Assembly (NCBI GenBank): GCA_013378385.1
Contig: JACAFS010000004.1
Coordinates: 1-31,282, forward strand
Direction of reading: 5' to 3'
From: Nitrososphaerota archaeon
GTDB taxonomy: Archaea > Thermoproteota > Nitrososphaeria > Nitrososphaerales > UBA57
DNA: 31,282 bases
Shown: in pieces, positions 7,372 through 17,738 of the stretch
Layout: each line of letters opens with the position of its first letter
Numbering within the stretch: position 1 is the first letter of the stretch
The notes under the pieces: model-generated
The model's input: the letters and a program-made list of their open reading frames with translations, nothing else
What the model was told of the DNA's origin: nothing
The model's database searches: none
Translations under genes and position numbers: made by a program

Positions 7372-9470
7372 TTTTTTCTCTCCTTATTTTTACATTCTGG
7401 ATTGGAACAAAAGTTCCATGGCTTTCCTTTGTACGAAGTTCTAATTTTTGGCCAAGAACACTTTATACAACCATTTTTCTGTATTCTTATATATCCAAAT
7501 TTTGGTAACGGTGATTTCATATTACATTCATCCTTCATACTTCTTGAACAAACTAATGCACGATTTTTTGAATTTGACGTAATTATTAAATTACCTTCTT
7601 GACAAATAGTACACTTTCCTAGCGGTTTATTCGTTACAGGCTTGTTATTTAGCTTATCAGTTGCAGTAATTAATACTCTGCCAATATTTTTATCATTTTC
7701 TTGGATGGATTTTATTATCGAATCAATATCCTTTTTTGTCTTTTCTATAACTTGTTCTGACGTTATCGTGTTATTCTCTATTTCTCTTAAATTCTCTTCC
7801 ATCCTCTTTGTCATTTCTGCCGATAATATTTCTGGCGAATAATTCTTCAGTGTATTGACCAGAGCTTTAGCTAATTCTGTCGGCGTTAATTCATTCCCAT
7901 TTACGTACGTTCTATCAATTATCGTACGAATAATATTCGCTCTTGTAGATTTAGTTCCAATTTCTTCCTTTTCCATTTTTTGCACAAGCGTCATTTGATT
8001 ATATGAACTAACAGGTTCTTCGAAATTTTCAACTATTTTCATTCGTTTGATTTTTAGTTCATCTCCTACAGCTAAATCTATCATGGCTTCCTTTTTTGAA
8101 GAATTTTCATTCCAGCCTTGATCTGTTGTTCTCTTAAAAGACGTATAAAAATCATATTTTCCAATTTTAAAATATATATCTCTTTTTTTGCCAATTGATG
8201 GCTCTCTGAACAAATTAAGAAATCTTTTTACAATTAAATTGAATATTTTCTTCTCTGTGTCCGTTAATTCACTGATTATAGTTTTTCCAGTAGGATAAAT
8301 ACTCGGATGAGCATTATCTGATTCTTTACCCTGGGTTGGACTAACATGTTGTTTTTTCAACAGCTTGTTTGCCACATCACTGAATTCAGATAAATTACTC
8401 AACTCTAAAATTATGCGACGACAATCTAAATTATGAGGTAATTTCTGACTGTTTGTTCTAGGATATGAAATAAATGCATTCAGATAAAGTTTCTCCGCAA
8501 TACTTAGTGTTTGGTAAGGATTTAATTTATAGAGTCTAAAAGCTTCTTTTTGTAATCCACTTAGGTTGAACGGAATAGGAGGATTAATTTTGTAGCTAGA
8601 TTCCTCAATTTTTTCTACTAATGCTTGTTCACCTTTACAATCATCAAGAATTGTTTTTGCATTTTTATTTTTTAATATCTTCTGTTCAATATAATGAATC
8701 TTAATCCATTTTCCACTCTCATTCTTTATAGAATTGATATACGTGTTTATTGACCAAAATGGTAATGGAACATGTGTTTCTCTTAATAATTCATTTTCTA
8801 CTACATATGCAATAGTGGGCCCTTGAACTCGTCCAATACTTAATGTCCTATACTTTTTACTGCTTGTCATAAAAGCTCGTGATAATGCCCTTGAAATATT
8901 CATTCCGTATAAAAAATCTATTGCATGACGTGTTAGACCAGCATAAGCTAAATTTATATTAATATTATTATCCATATTCGCAAAAGCTCTTTTTATATCA
9001 TCTTCCATCAATGTAGAAAATTTTACACGCTTTGCAACATTTTGTTTTTCCTTACATGCATATTTTAATATATTATATCCAATTGTTTCACCTTCTTGGT
9101 CCAAATCACAAGCAAGAATGAATTCCGATGCATTTTCTGATAATTTCTCGATAACCTTTATTCTTGCATTTACCATTTTTGCTCTACTCTTTATTGATTT
9201 ACTAATTGGTACCCATGAATAATCATATCTCGGTAATTTTTGTCGTTTTTTTATTAAATTTAGTGTATAGAGATGACCTATTGCAGAACATAATACATAA
9301 TTTCTTTTTTTATACGTAACTAGGAATACATTTGCGTTGAAAATTTTCATCGTTTTATATTTATTATCTGATAATGCTTCTGAAATTTTTCTGGCAGCTT
9401 CGGGTTTCTCACAAATTACTAGAGAATATTCTTCCACTCCTATGATGTCTTTTAGCTCCGATTTTTTCAT
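7368..9470 (-). CDS. topA: DNA topoisomerase, type IA (archaeal TopA / Topo III-like)
   Basis: Toprim Glu (LVICEKPEAARKI) and DxD (ACDLDQEGETIG), active-site tyrosine motif ISYPRTNSQ, and C-terminal Cys-rich zinc ribbons (CTICQEG..., GCIKCSW..., CSNPECK). 700 aa. Confidence 0.9.
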   Translation of the reverse strand: MKKSELKDIIGVEEYSLVICEKPEAARKISEALSDNKYKTMKIFNANVFLVTYKKRNYVLCSAIGHLYTLNLIKKRQKLPRYDYSWVPISKSIKSRAKMVNARIKVIEKLSENASEFILACDLDQEGETIGYNILKYACKEKQNVAKRVKFSTLMEDDIKRAFANMDNNININLAYAGLTRHAIDFLYGMNISRALSRAFMTSSKKYRTLSIGRVQGPTIAYVVENELLRETHVPLPFWSINTYINSIKNESGKWIKIHYIEQKILKNKNAKTILDDCKGEQALVEKIEESSYKINPPIPFNLSGLQKEAFRLYKLNPYQTLSIAEKLYLNAFISYPRTNSQKLPHNLDCRRIILELSNLSEFSDVANKLLKKQHVSPTQGKESDNAHPSIYPTGKTIISELTDTEKKIFNLIVKRFLNLFREPSIGKKRDIYFKIGKYDFYTSFKRTTDQGWNENSSKKEAMIDLAVGDELKIKRMKIVENFEEPVSSYNQMTLVQKMEKEEIGTKSTRANIIRTIIDRTYVNGNELTPTELAKALVNTLKNYSPEILSAEMTKRMEENLREIENNTITSEQVIEKTKKDIDSIIKSIQENDKNIGRVLITATDKLNNKPVTNKPLGKCTICQEGNLIITSNSKNRALVCSRSMKDECNMKSPLPKFGYIRIQKNGCIKCSWPKIRTSYKGKPWNFCSNPECKNKERKK

Positions 9471-9568
9471 CTACTTAATTATTGTCTATTAAATTACTTA
9501 ACTCTAAATAGTGCTATTTTATGTTATATTTTTAAAACCTTAATTCTTAGAATTGAATAATTATTATA

Positions 9569-11572
9569 ATGCGAAAAAATTTTGTTATACTTCTTATATT
9601 CATACTGATTTTAAACCCAGTTTTTCTCCCACAAATCTCATCTAATTCAAATGTAACAGGAAATGGAATCACTATTGCAATTATTGATACCGGAATTGAT
9701 TATAATCATCCTGATTTAGGAGGAGGTTTTGGTGATGGTAGGACCGTAATTGGCGGTTATGACTTTATTGATGATGATTCTGATCCAATGGACGAACTTG
9801 GTCACGGAACACATATTGCAGGAATAATAATTAATATTGCTCCTGATTCAAAACTATTGGCTTATCGGGTTGTTGATTACAACGGTCTCGTCAAATCAAG
9901 TGACGTAATTAGAGCAATGGATTTAGCTATTTCCGATGGAGCTGATGTAATTAATCTTAGTTTAGGGAGTATGTCTGAGTCAAACGAACTTCGAAAATCA
10001 ATTAAACAACTTACTGATTCGGGTATAATTGTTATAACTGCTGTGGGTAACAGTGGACCAATTTTTGGTAGTATTGGTGACCCAGCACAGTATGAAGACG
10101 TAATTTCCGTTGGTTCACAATATACTGACGAAGTAAATTCAACATTGGCAATAATTAATATTGATAGTATTGAGGAAGACCTAATTGGTTTACCTATGAT
10201 TGATTCCGTACCTCTCACTGATAATCTAAACGCCGAACTCAAATTTGTTAATTATGCACGCAATGAAGATCTTGTCGGAATTGATTTATCAGGTAAAATA
10301 GCTGTTGCAAAAAGACGCGGAGCAGAACCTGGTGACATTGTCTATTTCTCACAAAAAGAATCTAATGTGGCTAAAAATGGAGCACTCGGACTTATAATAA
10401 TTAACACGATGCCTGGTATAATCAAAGGTAGATTGCTTCATCCTGGCATGGCTATTGATTACAAACCAAGTATTCCTACTTTATTAATTACACAGGAAGA
10501 TGGAGAAAAGATTCTTGAATATATAGAAGAATCAAACAGCCCTATTACTATGTCATTTCGTAACGATAATCTCACAAACTTTGTTTCATTATTTAGTTCT
10601 CGTGGACCAGTATCCTCTTTTTACGCTAAACCTGATTTAGTTTCATTTGGTGAAAAAGTCAATTCTACTTGGCTGGATAATTCTTACAAATTTCAAAATG
10701 GAACGAGTTTTTCAGCACCTCAAGTTACCGGCACTGTCGCTTTGTTATTAGAACTACATGGTGATCTCAACAAAGATCAAATCCTTGGCATACTGGGACC
10801 ATCTGCGTCTCCATTAACTAATTCATATAATCTATATTTACCATCCACTCTGCAAGGTTCAGGCAGTCTAAATATTGATCAAGCATTACAATCGCCTCTT
10901 TCTATTCATCAATCACAATTGTCTTTTAATCTGGGCAATCAACAACAAACTAACTCACAATTAATCACTTTAGAATCACTTGTATCAGATTCTCTTGAAA
11001 TATCCCTTGATCATAACCTTAAAAACAAAGATATTGAAATCATTTTTAATTCAAGCACCTTTGTATTAAATGGAAAAGAATCTGTTGTTGTTGAATTAAA
11101 TAATAATCTACTCGCATCAATTCAGGAATCTTATGTTGATGAATTCCGACTTCTAATCAAAACTAATTATTCCAATACTATATTTACTATACCTGTATCA
11201 ACTTACTTCAACACAATTTCTCTTGATATTGAAAATAACTCTGAATCTCATATTGTTCGCATTTTGGGAATTGAAAACTATGATCAAGCTTTATTACGTA
11301 TATATAATACAGACACTGCCGAGGTTGACGAACAAATTTTCTCATTCAATGAAGAAATGCCCCTAAACTTATCGCCAGGAACTTATTGGATTAATGCCAT
11401 TGTTTCTTCAAACGATAATTTCGAATTTGGCGGAATCGAATATATCGTCAATCCTAATTCCAATTTAACCACATTTGATTCCAATTATGATTCATCTACT
11501 TGGATTTATGCGGTAATTGCACTCATCTCAATAATGATTTTGATATATTATACTCGAAAATCATCTTTGTAG
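9569..11572 (+). CDS. Secreted, membrane-anchored subtilisin-like serine protease (peptidase S8) with an insertion between the catalytic His and Ser
   Basis: Catalytic triad motifs IAIIDTGIDYNHPDL (Asp), HGTHIAGII (His) and GTSFSAPQVTG (Ser). N-terminal hydrophobic signal-like segment FVILLIFILILNPVF and a C-terminal anchor WIYAVIALISIMILIYY followed by TRKSSL. Many N-x-S/T sequons. Confidence 0.85.
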   Translation: MRKNFVILLIFILILNPVFLPQISSNSNVTGNGITIAIIDTGIDYNHPDLGGGFGDGRTVIGGYDFIDDDSDPMDELGHGTHIAGIIINIAPDSKLLAYRVVDYNGLVKSSDVIRAMDLAISDGADVINLSLGSMSESNELRKSIKQLTDSGIIVITAVGNSGPIFGSIGDPAQYEDVISVGSQYTDEVNSTLAIINIDSIEEDLIGLPMIDSVPLTDNLNAELKFVNYARNEDLVGIDLSGKIAVAKRRGAEPGDIVYFSQKESNVAKNGALGLIIINTMPGIIKGRLLHPGMAIDYKPSIPTLLITQEDGEKILEYIEESNSPITMSFRNDNLTNFVSLFSSRGPVSSFYAKPDLVSFGEKVNSTWLDNSYKFQNGTSFSAPQVTGTVALLLELHGDLNKDQILGILGPSASPLTNSYNLYLPSTLQGSGSLNIDQALQSPLSIHQSQLSFNLGNQQQTNSQLITLESLVSDSLEISLDHNLKNKDIEIIFNSSTFVLNGKESVVVELNNNLLASIQESYVDEFRLLIKTNYSNTIFTIPVSTYFNTISLDIENNSESHIVRILGIENYDQALLRIYNTDTAEVDEQIFSFNEEMPLNLSPGTYWINAIVSSNDNFEFGGIEYIVNPNSNLTTFDSNYDSSTWIYAVIALISIMILIYYTRKSSL

Positions 11573-13882
11573 CTTGTGCATAGCTCTTAAATCAGATTCA
11601 AATAACTCTAGATTTTTTGGTATTTCTATTGATATTCCATTCTTTAATGAAAGTCCTTGTTCTTTCTTCTTGTTCCATACAAGCGAATTAAATTCGATTA
11701 TATTTGATGTAATTGCGGATAATTGATAATCATCTTTTACTTCAGGAAAAATCTGTTTATGTATACTCTCTTGTGAATATAATTCTCTCCAAATTTTATC
11801 TGTTATGAATGGAGTTATTGGTGCAAGAAGTAATAATAAATTCTTCATACATATGTGTAAAGTTGACCATGCTGCACGTGTAGATTTCTCGTCAAATTCA
11901 ATTCCATAAGCTCTTTGTTTAACTAATTCTATATAATGCGGTGCAAAAATATTCCAAATAAATTCTCTCACTCTATTTGCAGGAATAAAGAAATTATAAT
12001 CTTGGTAGCCTTCTAACGATTCTTTTATTACTTTTGATAATTCATCTAAGATCCATTTGTCTGTTTCTAAAGGCTCTTCTTCAACAACAGGGAAATTCGA
12101 AATAAATCTAGCAGTGTTCCATAACTTAGATAAAAATTTTCCCACTCCTGTTATCTTTACTTCAGACACACGAAAATCTGAACCAAGATTTACCTCTGAT
12201 GCAGCCCATAACCTAAACATATCTGCACCATTCTTTTCTAATATTGGAATTGGATCTATTGCATTGCCTTTACTTTTACTCATCTTTTCACCCCTTTCAT
12301 CAACTCCATATCCCATAATCCATGCATGTGTAAAAGGAGATTTCTTCGTTAATTGATTACATCTTAATATCGTATAATGTAGCCATGTTCTGATTATATC
12401 TTTAGACTGCGGTCGTAGACTTGTCGGATAAGTCTTTTCAAAAAATTCTTGATCTCTATTGTATTTTGTAATGAATAACGGAGATATACTGGAGTCCATC
12501 CATGTATCAAATGTTCTTTCATCACCTACAAAATCATTTTCTCCACACTTCTTACAACTATTAAAAGGAGGTTTCTCTTTCCACGGTCTAACATATTTCC
12601 CAGGTTCAGGTAAATTTGCTTCATTACATGACATACAATACCATACAGGAACTTCAGTTGCATTGTATCGTCTTCTTGATATCGGCCAATCAATTGAAAT
12701 CGCCTCAATCCAATCAGTCAATCTTCTTCTATGTTCCTCCGGATGAAACTTCAATGAACGTGCAATGTCTAATAATTCATTTTTATATTCTATTTGTTTT
12801 ACATAGTATTCTTCCATTGGAATTATCTCCATAGGATTCTTACTTCTCTCACAACACGGAGTCCTGTGTTTTATATTTTCAACTCTTTCTACTAAATTCA
12901 TCTCTTGTAAATCTTGAATTATCTTTTCTCTAGCTACATTTACTTTTAGGCCCTTATATTTTCCTGCATTGTCTGTCATACGTCCAGCTGTATCAATACT
13001 AATCTTCTCTTGTAATTTTAATTCTCTAAATAATAATACATCTGTATAATCTCCATAACTACAAATCATTACAGCACCAGAACCAAATTCCATTTTTGCA
13101 CTAGGATGTTGAACTATTTTTACATAATTCTCAAAGACTGGGACTTTCACTTCATTACCTACAAGTTTCTCAAATCTATCATCATCAGGATTAACTAATA
13201 TAACCTGACAACTTGCTAAAAGTTCAGGTCTGGTAGTTGCAATTATAACATAATCTTCCTTTCCTTTAATGTAAAATTTTAGATAAACTAATTTTGATGG
13301 TAATTCCTGATAAAATATTTCTGCATCTGCAATCGTAGTACGACATTTTGAGCAGTAGTTATTTGGCCTAGATGATTGATATATCTGATCTTTCTTCCAT
13401 AATTCAATAAATGTAGATTGCGTGAGAGCTCTGTATTCGTCTGAATCAGTTCTATAATATTCACTAAATAATCCAGACAAACCCATGAGTTTCATTGTAG
13501 AAATCATCTCAGCCTCAAGGTCATCTAACGCAATTTTACAAAGACCTGTGAATTCTTCCCTTGGAGTAGATATCATACTCACTTTGAATTTCTTTTCAGT
13601 ATAGATCTCTACTGGTAATCCGTTCCTATCAATTCCTATTGGAAACAACACATTAAAATTCATCATTCTAGCCGTCCTTGCAATCATATCTATCTGCGAA
13701 TAATGCGCTGCCGCGCCAATGTGCCAAGGTCTTCCCGAAGGATATGGCGGAGGTGTATCAATAGTGAATACTTCTCTTTTATCATGAATGTCAAATTCAT
13801 ATAATGATTCTTCATTCCACATCTCTGCAATACTCTTTTCAATCTCTACATTCCAACGGTTCTCTTTTATTTTCGGTTCCAA
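11561..13882 (-). CDS. valS: Valyl-tRNA synthetase (class I, compact archaeal form)
   Basis: TIDTPPPYPSG followed by the HIGH-region WHIGAAAH, the editing-domain motif GSGAVMICSYGDYTD, and KMSKSKGN. The 773 aa size fits a compact archaeal ValRS better than LeuRS or IleRS. Amino-acid specificity not verified. Confidence 0.7.
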   Translation of the reverse strand: MEPKIKENRWNVEIEKSIAEMWNEESLYEFDIHDKREVFTIDTPPPYPSGRPWHIGAAAHYSQIDMIARTARMMNFNVLFPIGIDRNGLPVEIYTEKKFKVSMISTPREEFTGLCKIALDDLEAEMISTMKLMGLSGLFSEYYRTDSDEYRALTQSTFIELWKKDQIYQSSRPNNYCSKCRTTIADAEIFYQELPSKLVYLKFYIKGKEDYVIIATTRPELLASCQVILVNPDDDRFEKLVGNEVKVPVFENYVKIVQHPSAKMEFGSGAVMICSYGDYTDVLLFRELKLQEKISIDTAGRMTDNAGKYKGLKVNVAREKIIQDLQEMNLVERVENIKHRTPCCERSKNPMEIIPMEEYYVKQIEYKNELLDIARSLKFHPEEHRRRLTDWIEAISIDWPISRRRYNATEVPVWYCMSCNEANLPEPGKYVRPWKEKPPFNSCKKCGENDFVGDERTFDTWMDSSISPLFITKYNRDQEFFEKTYPTSLRPQSKDIIRTWLHYTILRCNQLTKKSPFTHAWIMGYGVDERGEKMSKSKGNAIDPIPILEKNGADMFRLWAASEVNLGSDFRVSEVKITGVGKFLSKLWNTARFISNFPVVEEEPLETDKWILDELSKVIKESLEGYQDYNFFIPANRVREFIWNIFAPHYIELVKQRAYGIEFDEKSTRAAWSTLHICMKNLLLLLAPITPFITDKIWRELYSQESIHKQIFPEVKDDYQLSAITSNIIEFNSLVWNKKKEQGLSLKNGISIEIPKNLELFESDLRAMHKLQR

Positions 13883-13896
13883 CTAATCACTCTACC

Positions 13897-15147
13897 TTAT
13901 TGCATTCTATACCTTAATATTGCTCCTAATCCACTAAAACTCATTAACATTCTTCCTTCCTCTGATCCACTTCCTAAAACTTCAATTTTCGTTCCAGTTT
14001 CAGAAGCCTTATCTTCTAAAATTTCGATTAAATCTGTTTCTGTTATAGTAAAATCTGAAGCTTTACAAGATTCACACGATTCACTCAAAAACTTTTGTTT
14101 ATCCTGAACGTATGACGTTCTATTCAGAATCTTATTCTTATCTGTTGAACATCTATTACATTTTAATAAAATATTTAACATATTCAAATCTTCTGAAGCA
14201 ATTATTACTTCAACTGCTCCTTTAGTCGTTGCATCCATTACTTCCTTTATTCCATATGCAGCAAGACTCTTTTCTTTATGTATCTCTGATAAAAATCTCT
14301 GAATTAACTTTTTCTCTTCAATCACTCTCATATCTTTTAGTACATCTGATGACTTATCTACTGCTTCACGTACTCCTTCTGCACCAGAATACGCTCCATC
14401 TACTTCTGATAAAATCTTTTCTCTTAATCGATAGTCTAAATAATCACTTTTTAAAAATGAATCTTTTGTTGGACCTGGTCCACTTATTATTAGTCCTTTT
14501 ATTTTGTTCTGTTCTAAAAAGAGTTTTTTTGCATGTGCAGCAACTCTATTGTAGTATCCTGATAAATTCATCTCTCTCAGTCTTTCATACCTTCTTGCCG
14601 ATTGCCCACCTGCTCTTGTTTTTCCACCAACTCCAGATGTAATAATTTCGTCAACTACTAATTTTGCACCTGTTAAAACTCCCAATCCTGCTTCTGTCGA
14701 ATCTATTGAAATAATTCCAATCAAATCAACTTCTTTAATCATATCCATCAGATGTTCTAAATGAAAATGATCATCACATCTGTAAAGATATGTCTGTACT
14801 GGCCTCGGAGGGATTATCTCATTAACAAATACTTGTTCACTGCCAGGACCATTTGTCATTAATGATCCAACAAATAATACTATTCCGTTTTCAGGAGTTT
14901 TCTTGAAAAGCTTTAGTCGTTGTTGAGTCTTTGTTAATGCATCCTGAACATGATTTCTAGTAGAATCTGATTTTATGTTCGTTGCCGTTCCATATTCTTC
15001 TCGTAAACTATTCAACACTTCGTGCAGTGCTTTTTTTGGAGGTATATATAAGGAAACTAGTTCAGTTCCTTTTCCTGTCTTACTGGAGAGTTCTCTAAGC
15101 ATCTTCCTTGTTTTATATAATGCTACTGAATCTATATTACTCGGCAA
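13897..15147 (-). CDS. prf1: Peptide chain release factor aRF1
   Basis: NIKS stop-codon recognition motif (TATNIKSDS) and GGQ motif (RAGGQSARRYERL). 416 aa. Confidence 0.9.
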   Translation of the reverse strand: MPSNIDSVALYKTRKMLRELSSKTGKGTELVSLYIPPKKALHEVLNSLREEYGTATNIKSDSTRNHVQDALTKTQQRLKLFKKTPENGIVLFVGSLMTNGPGSEQVFVNEIIPPRPVQTYLYRCDDHFHLEHLMDMIKEVDLIGIISIDSTEAGLGVLTGAKLVVDEIITSGVGGKTRAGGQSARRYERLREMNLSGYYNRVAAHAKKLFLEQNKIKGLIISGPGPTKDSFLKSDYLDYRLREKILSEVDGAYSGAEGVREAVDKSSDVLKDMRVIEEKKLIQRFLSEIHKEKSLAAYGIKEVMDATTKGAVEVIIASEDLNMLNILLKCNRCSTDKNKILNRTSYVQDKQKFLSESCESCKASDFTITETDLIEILEDKASETGTKIEVLGSGSEEGRMLMSFSGLGAILRYRMQ

Positions 15148-15250
15148 AAATTCACCCTTATAATTATTCTACGAAGTGGTTTGATGTTATATTATATCTA
15201 TTAATGAATGAAAATTAATAAGACAATTGTTCGTAGACATAAGTGGTTAA

Positions 15251-15925
15251 ATGAAAACCGTAGTAATTAAATTAAGTGGAAGTTTATTCTCATTCGACAA
15301 AGATTATTCCCAAGTCAAGAAAATAACAAAAACTCTAGATGAGATTAGTCGTAATGGATATAAGGTCGTTGCAGTGGCAGGCGGTGGAAAAACAGCTCGG
15401 AATATGCAAAATGCAGCTAGAAACTTTCATGCAGATGAAGCCTTTCTTGATCAACTTGGAATTGATGTTTCTCGCATCCATGCAAAAATACTCACAACTT
15501 GTACTACTAACTCCTGCCAAGATATACCAAAAACTTTAGATGAAGTAGTTCGATGTTTGTCATCTTCAAAAATTGTTTTTACTGGCGGTTTATCACCTGG
15601 TCAAAGTACAAATGCAACCGCTGCTTTAATTGCCGAAAGAACTAAAGCTAAACTGTTTGTCAATGCTACTGATGTTGATGGCGTCTTTACTTCCGACCCA
15701 AGAAAAAATAAAAATGCAAAGCTAATTAAATCAATTACTACAAAAAATTTACTAAGTAAAGTTATTGATGATAAGATGAGTGCTGGAACTTACGATTTAA
15801 TGGATTTACTTTCCCTAAAGATTATTGAACGATCTAAAATTCCTACTATTGTAATTAAATGTGATAGTGGACGAATCAAATCTGCAATCTCTGGTAGATC
15901 TAAAGGTACTAAAATCACATCTTAG
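15251..15925 (+). CDS. pyrH: Uridylate (UMP) kinase, archaeal type
   Basis: Amino-acid-kinase fold: VIKLSGSLF, VAVAGGG, TGGLSPGQSTNATAA and NATDVDGVFTSDP. Confidence 0.85.
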   Translation: MKTVVIKLSGSLFSFDKDYSQVKKITKTLDEISRNGYKVVAVAGGGKTARNMQNAARNFHADEAFLDQLGIDVSRIHAKILTTCTTNSCQDIPKTLDEVVRCLSSSKIVFTGGLSPGQSTNATAALIAERTKAKLFVNATDVDGVFTSDPRKNKNAKLIKSITTKNLLSKVIDDKMSAGTYDLMDLLSLKIIERSKIPTIVIKCDSGRIKSAISGRSKGTKITS

Positions 15926-16255
15926 CTAAATCAAATCTCTTTGAAAGCATGTTTTTGTATTTTTGTGACAAGCATTACCGAATTGTTCTACTAAATAAAT
16001 TAGTGTATCTTCATCACAATCTATTTTTATTTCGAGTACTTTCTGTACATTTCCAGATTCTTCACCTTTTTTCCAAAGTTTGTTTCTAGATCTACTCCAA
16101 TAATGACCATATCCTGTTCTAACAGTTTCTTCTATAGCTAATCGATTTGCATAAGCCAACATTAGTATATCTTTTGATTTACTATCTTGCACTATCACCG
16201 GAACCAATCCCTGACTCTTTTCAAAATCAATATCATTTATAGATAATTTTGTCAT
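15926..16255 (-). CDS. hisI: Phosphoribosyl-AMP cyclohydrolase (HisI only, no HisE domain)
   Basis: GLVPVIVQD, WSRSRNKLWKKGEESGNVQ, DCDEDTLIYLV, GNACH...TCF. 109 aa. 4-nt overlap with hisF. Confidence 0.85.
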   Translation of the reverse strand: MTKLSINDIDFEKSQGLVPVIVQDSKSKDILMLAYANRLAIEETVRTGYGHYWSRSRNKLWKKGEESGNVQKVLEIKIDCDEDTLIYLVEQFGNACHKNTKTCFQRDLI

Positions 16256-17013
16256 ATTCTCACTAAAACCTCATTCTCTTTTAAAAATCTCTTTAATGAA
16301 GATATATCAAATTGATTATAGTGGAATACCGACGCTGCTAGAGCTGCATCTACGTTAGTTTTATCAAATACATCAGCAAAATGTTCCATGCTTCCACATC
16401 CACCGCTTGCAATAACAGGTATATTTACTTTATCTACGATTTCTTTTGTTAATTCTACATCAAAACCATCTTCAGTTCCATCTCTGTCAATTGATGTCAG
16501 TAATATCTCGCCTGCTCCAAGTTTTTCTACTTCTTGTGACCATTGTATTGCATCAATTCCTGTTGATTTTCTTGCACCATAACTGAATACTTCAAACATA
16601 TTGTTCTCATTTCTTTTTGCGTCGATAGCTACAACACAACATTGTCTTCCAAATCGTTCGGAAATTTCTGTAATTAATTCAGGTTTTTCAATCGCCCTTG
16701 TATTTATTCCCACTTTGTCTGCTCCACTACAAAGAATATTCCTTGCATCTTCTATACTGCCTATTCCTCCTCCTACAGTAAAAGGTATGTCTAATTTCGA
16801 AGCTACGTTACGAACCATTTCACTAACTGTCTTACGTTTTTCTGGCGAAGCTGTAATATCAAGAAACACCAATTCATCTGCTCCATCATCTCTATACTTT
16901 GAACCTAATTCTACAGGGTCTCCTGCATCCTTTAAATTAACAAAATGTTCACCTTTTACTACTCTTCCTTCTTTAACATCTAGGCACGGTATGATTCTTT
17001 TTGATAACGTCAT
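16252..17013 (-). CDS. hisF: Imidazole glycerol phosphate synthase, cyclase subunit
   Basis: RIIPCLDVKEGRVVKG, TVGGGI, DRDGTEDGFD and ASGGCG motifs. 253 aa. Confidence 0.9.
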   Translation of the reverse strand: MTLSKRIIPCLDVKEGRVVKGEHFVNLKDAGDPVELGSKYRDDGADELVFLDITASPEKRKTVSEMVRNVASKLDIPFTVGGGIGSIEDARNILCSGADKVGINTRAIEKPELITEISERFGRQCCVVAIDAKRNENNMFEVFSYGARKSTGIDAIQWSQEVEKLGAGEILLTSIDRDGTEDGFDVELTKEIVDKVNIPVIASGGCGSMEHFADVFDKTNVDAALAASVFHYNQFDISSLKRFLKENEVLVRI

Positions 17014-17015
17014 TG

Positions 17016-17738
17016 TTAATCCTCCAATGTAATAGCCCGTTCTATTGTAATTATTTTACTATGCAATGCTCTACCTAAAATTACGTATTCCACGCCTATT
17101 TCTTTCACTTTGTTTATATCCTCTATAGAACTAATTCCGCCACTAGCTTGAATTTGTATACTGGTGTTATTTCTAATTTTTCTCAAAGTTTCCATATCAG
17201 GTCCCTCCAGCATCCCATCTTTTTTAATTGCAGTTAGTAAAATCGTTTCAATTCCATAATCTGCAAAGTCTGAAACTGCTTTATCTAATTCTATTCCAGA
17301 ACTATCTCTCCAACCATTAACCATAATCTGATTGCCAACATAATCGAGTGATATTATAATTCTTGATACACCGACTTCTTTACAAATCTCCTCAAATAAT
17401 CTTCTGTTATTTACTGCAACGGTTCCAATTACAACCTTGTTTACATTTCCAGAAATCTTTTTAGCATAATCTACGTCGCGTATTCCTCCCCCAACTTGTA
17501 TCTCCATTTCCGTACTTTCTGAAATTGTTTTAATTAATTCGTAATTATTTCCTCGTTCTAATGTTGCATCTAAATCTACTATATGCATCCGACTAACTCC
17601 AATTTCCTGCCATTTTTTAACAAGTTGTACTGGGCTGTAATCATAAAATGTAGCTAAATCTGGATTTCCTTGTTTTAATCTTACTACTTTTCCATCTAAG
17701 AGATCTATCGATGGTACTATTTTCATAAATTCCCACAA
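17016..17738 (-). CDS. hisA: ProFAR isomerase HisA
   Basis: KIVPSIDLLDGKVVRL, HIVDLD, QVGGGIR and ASGGIS. The true start may be the second Met (MKIVPSIDL, at 17726). Confidence 0.85.
   Translation of the reverse strand: MWEFMKIVPSIDLLDGKVVRLKQGNPDLATFYDYSPVQLVKKWQEIGVSRMHIVDLDATLERGNNYELIKTISESTEMEIQVGGGIRDVDYAKKISGNVNKVVIGTVAVNNRRLFEEICKEVGVSRIIISLDYVGNQIMVNGWRDSSGIELDKAVSDFADYGIETILLTAIKKDGMLEGPDMETLRKIRNNTSIQIQASGGISSIEDINKVKEIGVEYVILGRALHSKIITIERAITLED

Noticed and set aside
15168-15237. 8-bp inverted repeat TCTACGAA ... TTCGTAGA in the aRF1/pyrH divergent intergenic region
   Set aside because: Only 8 bp with a 54-nt spacer, which is within chance expectation, and there is no recognisable regulator-site architecture.
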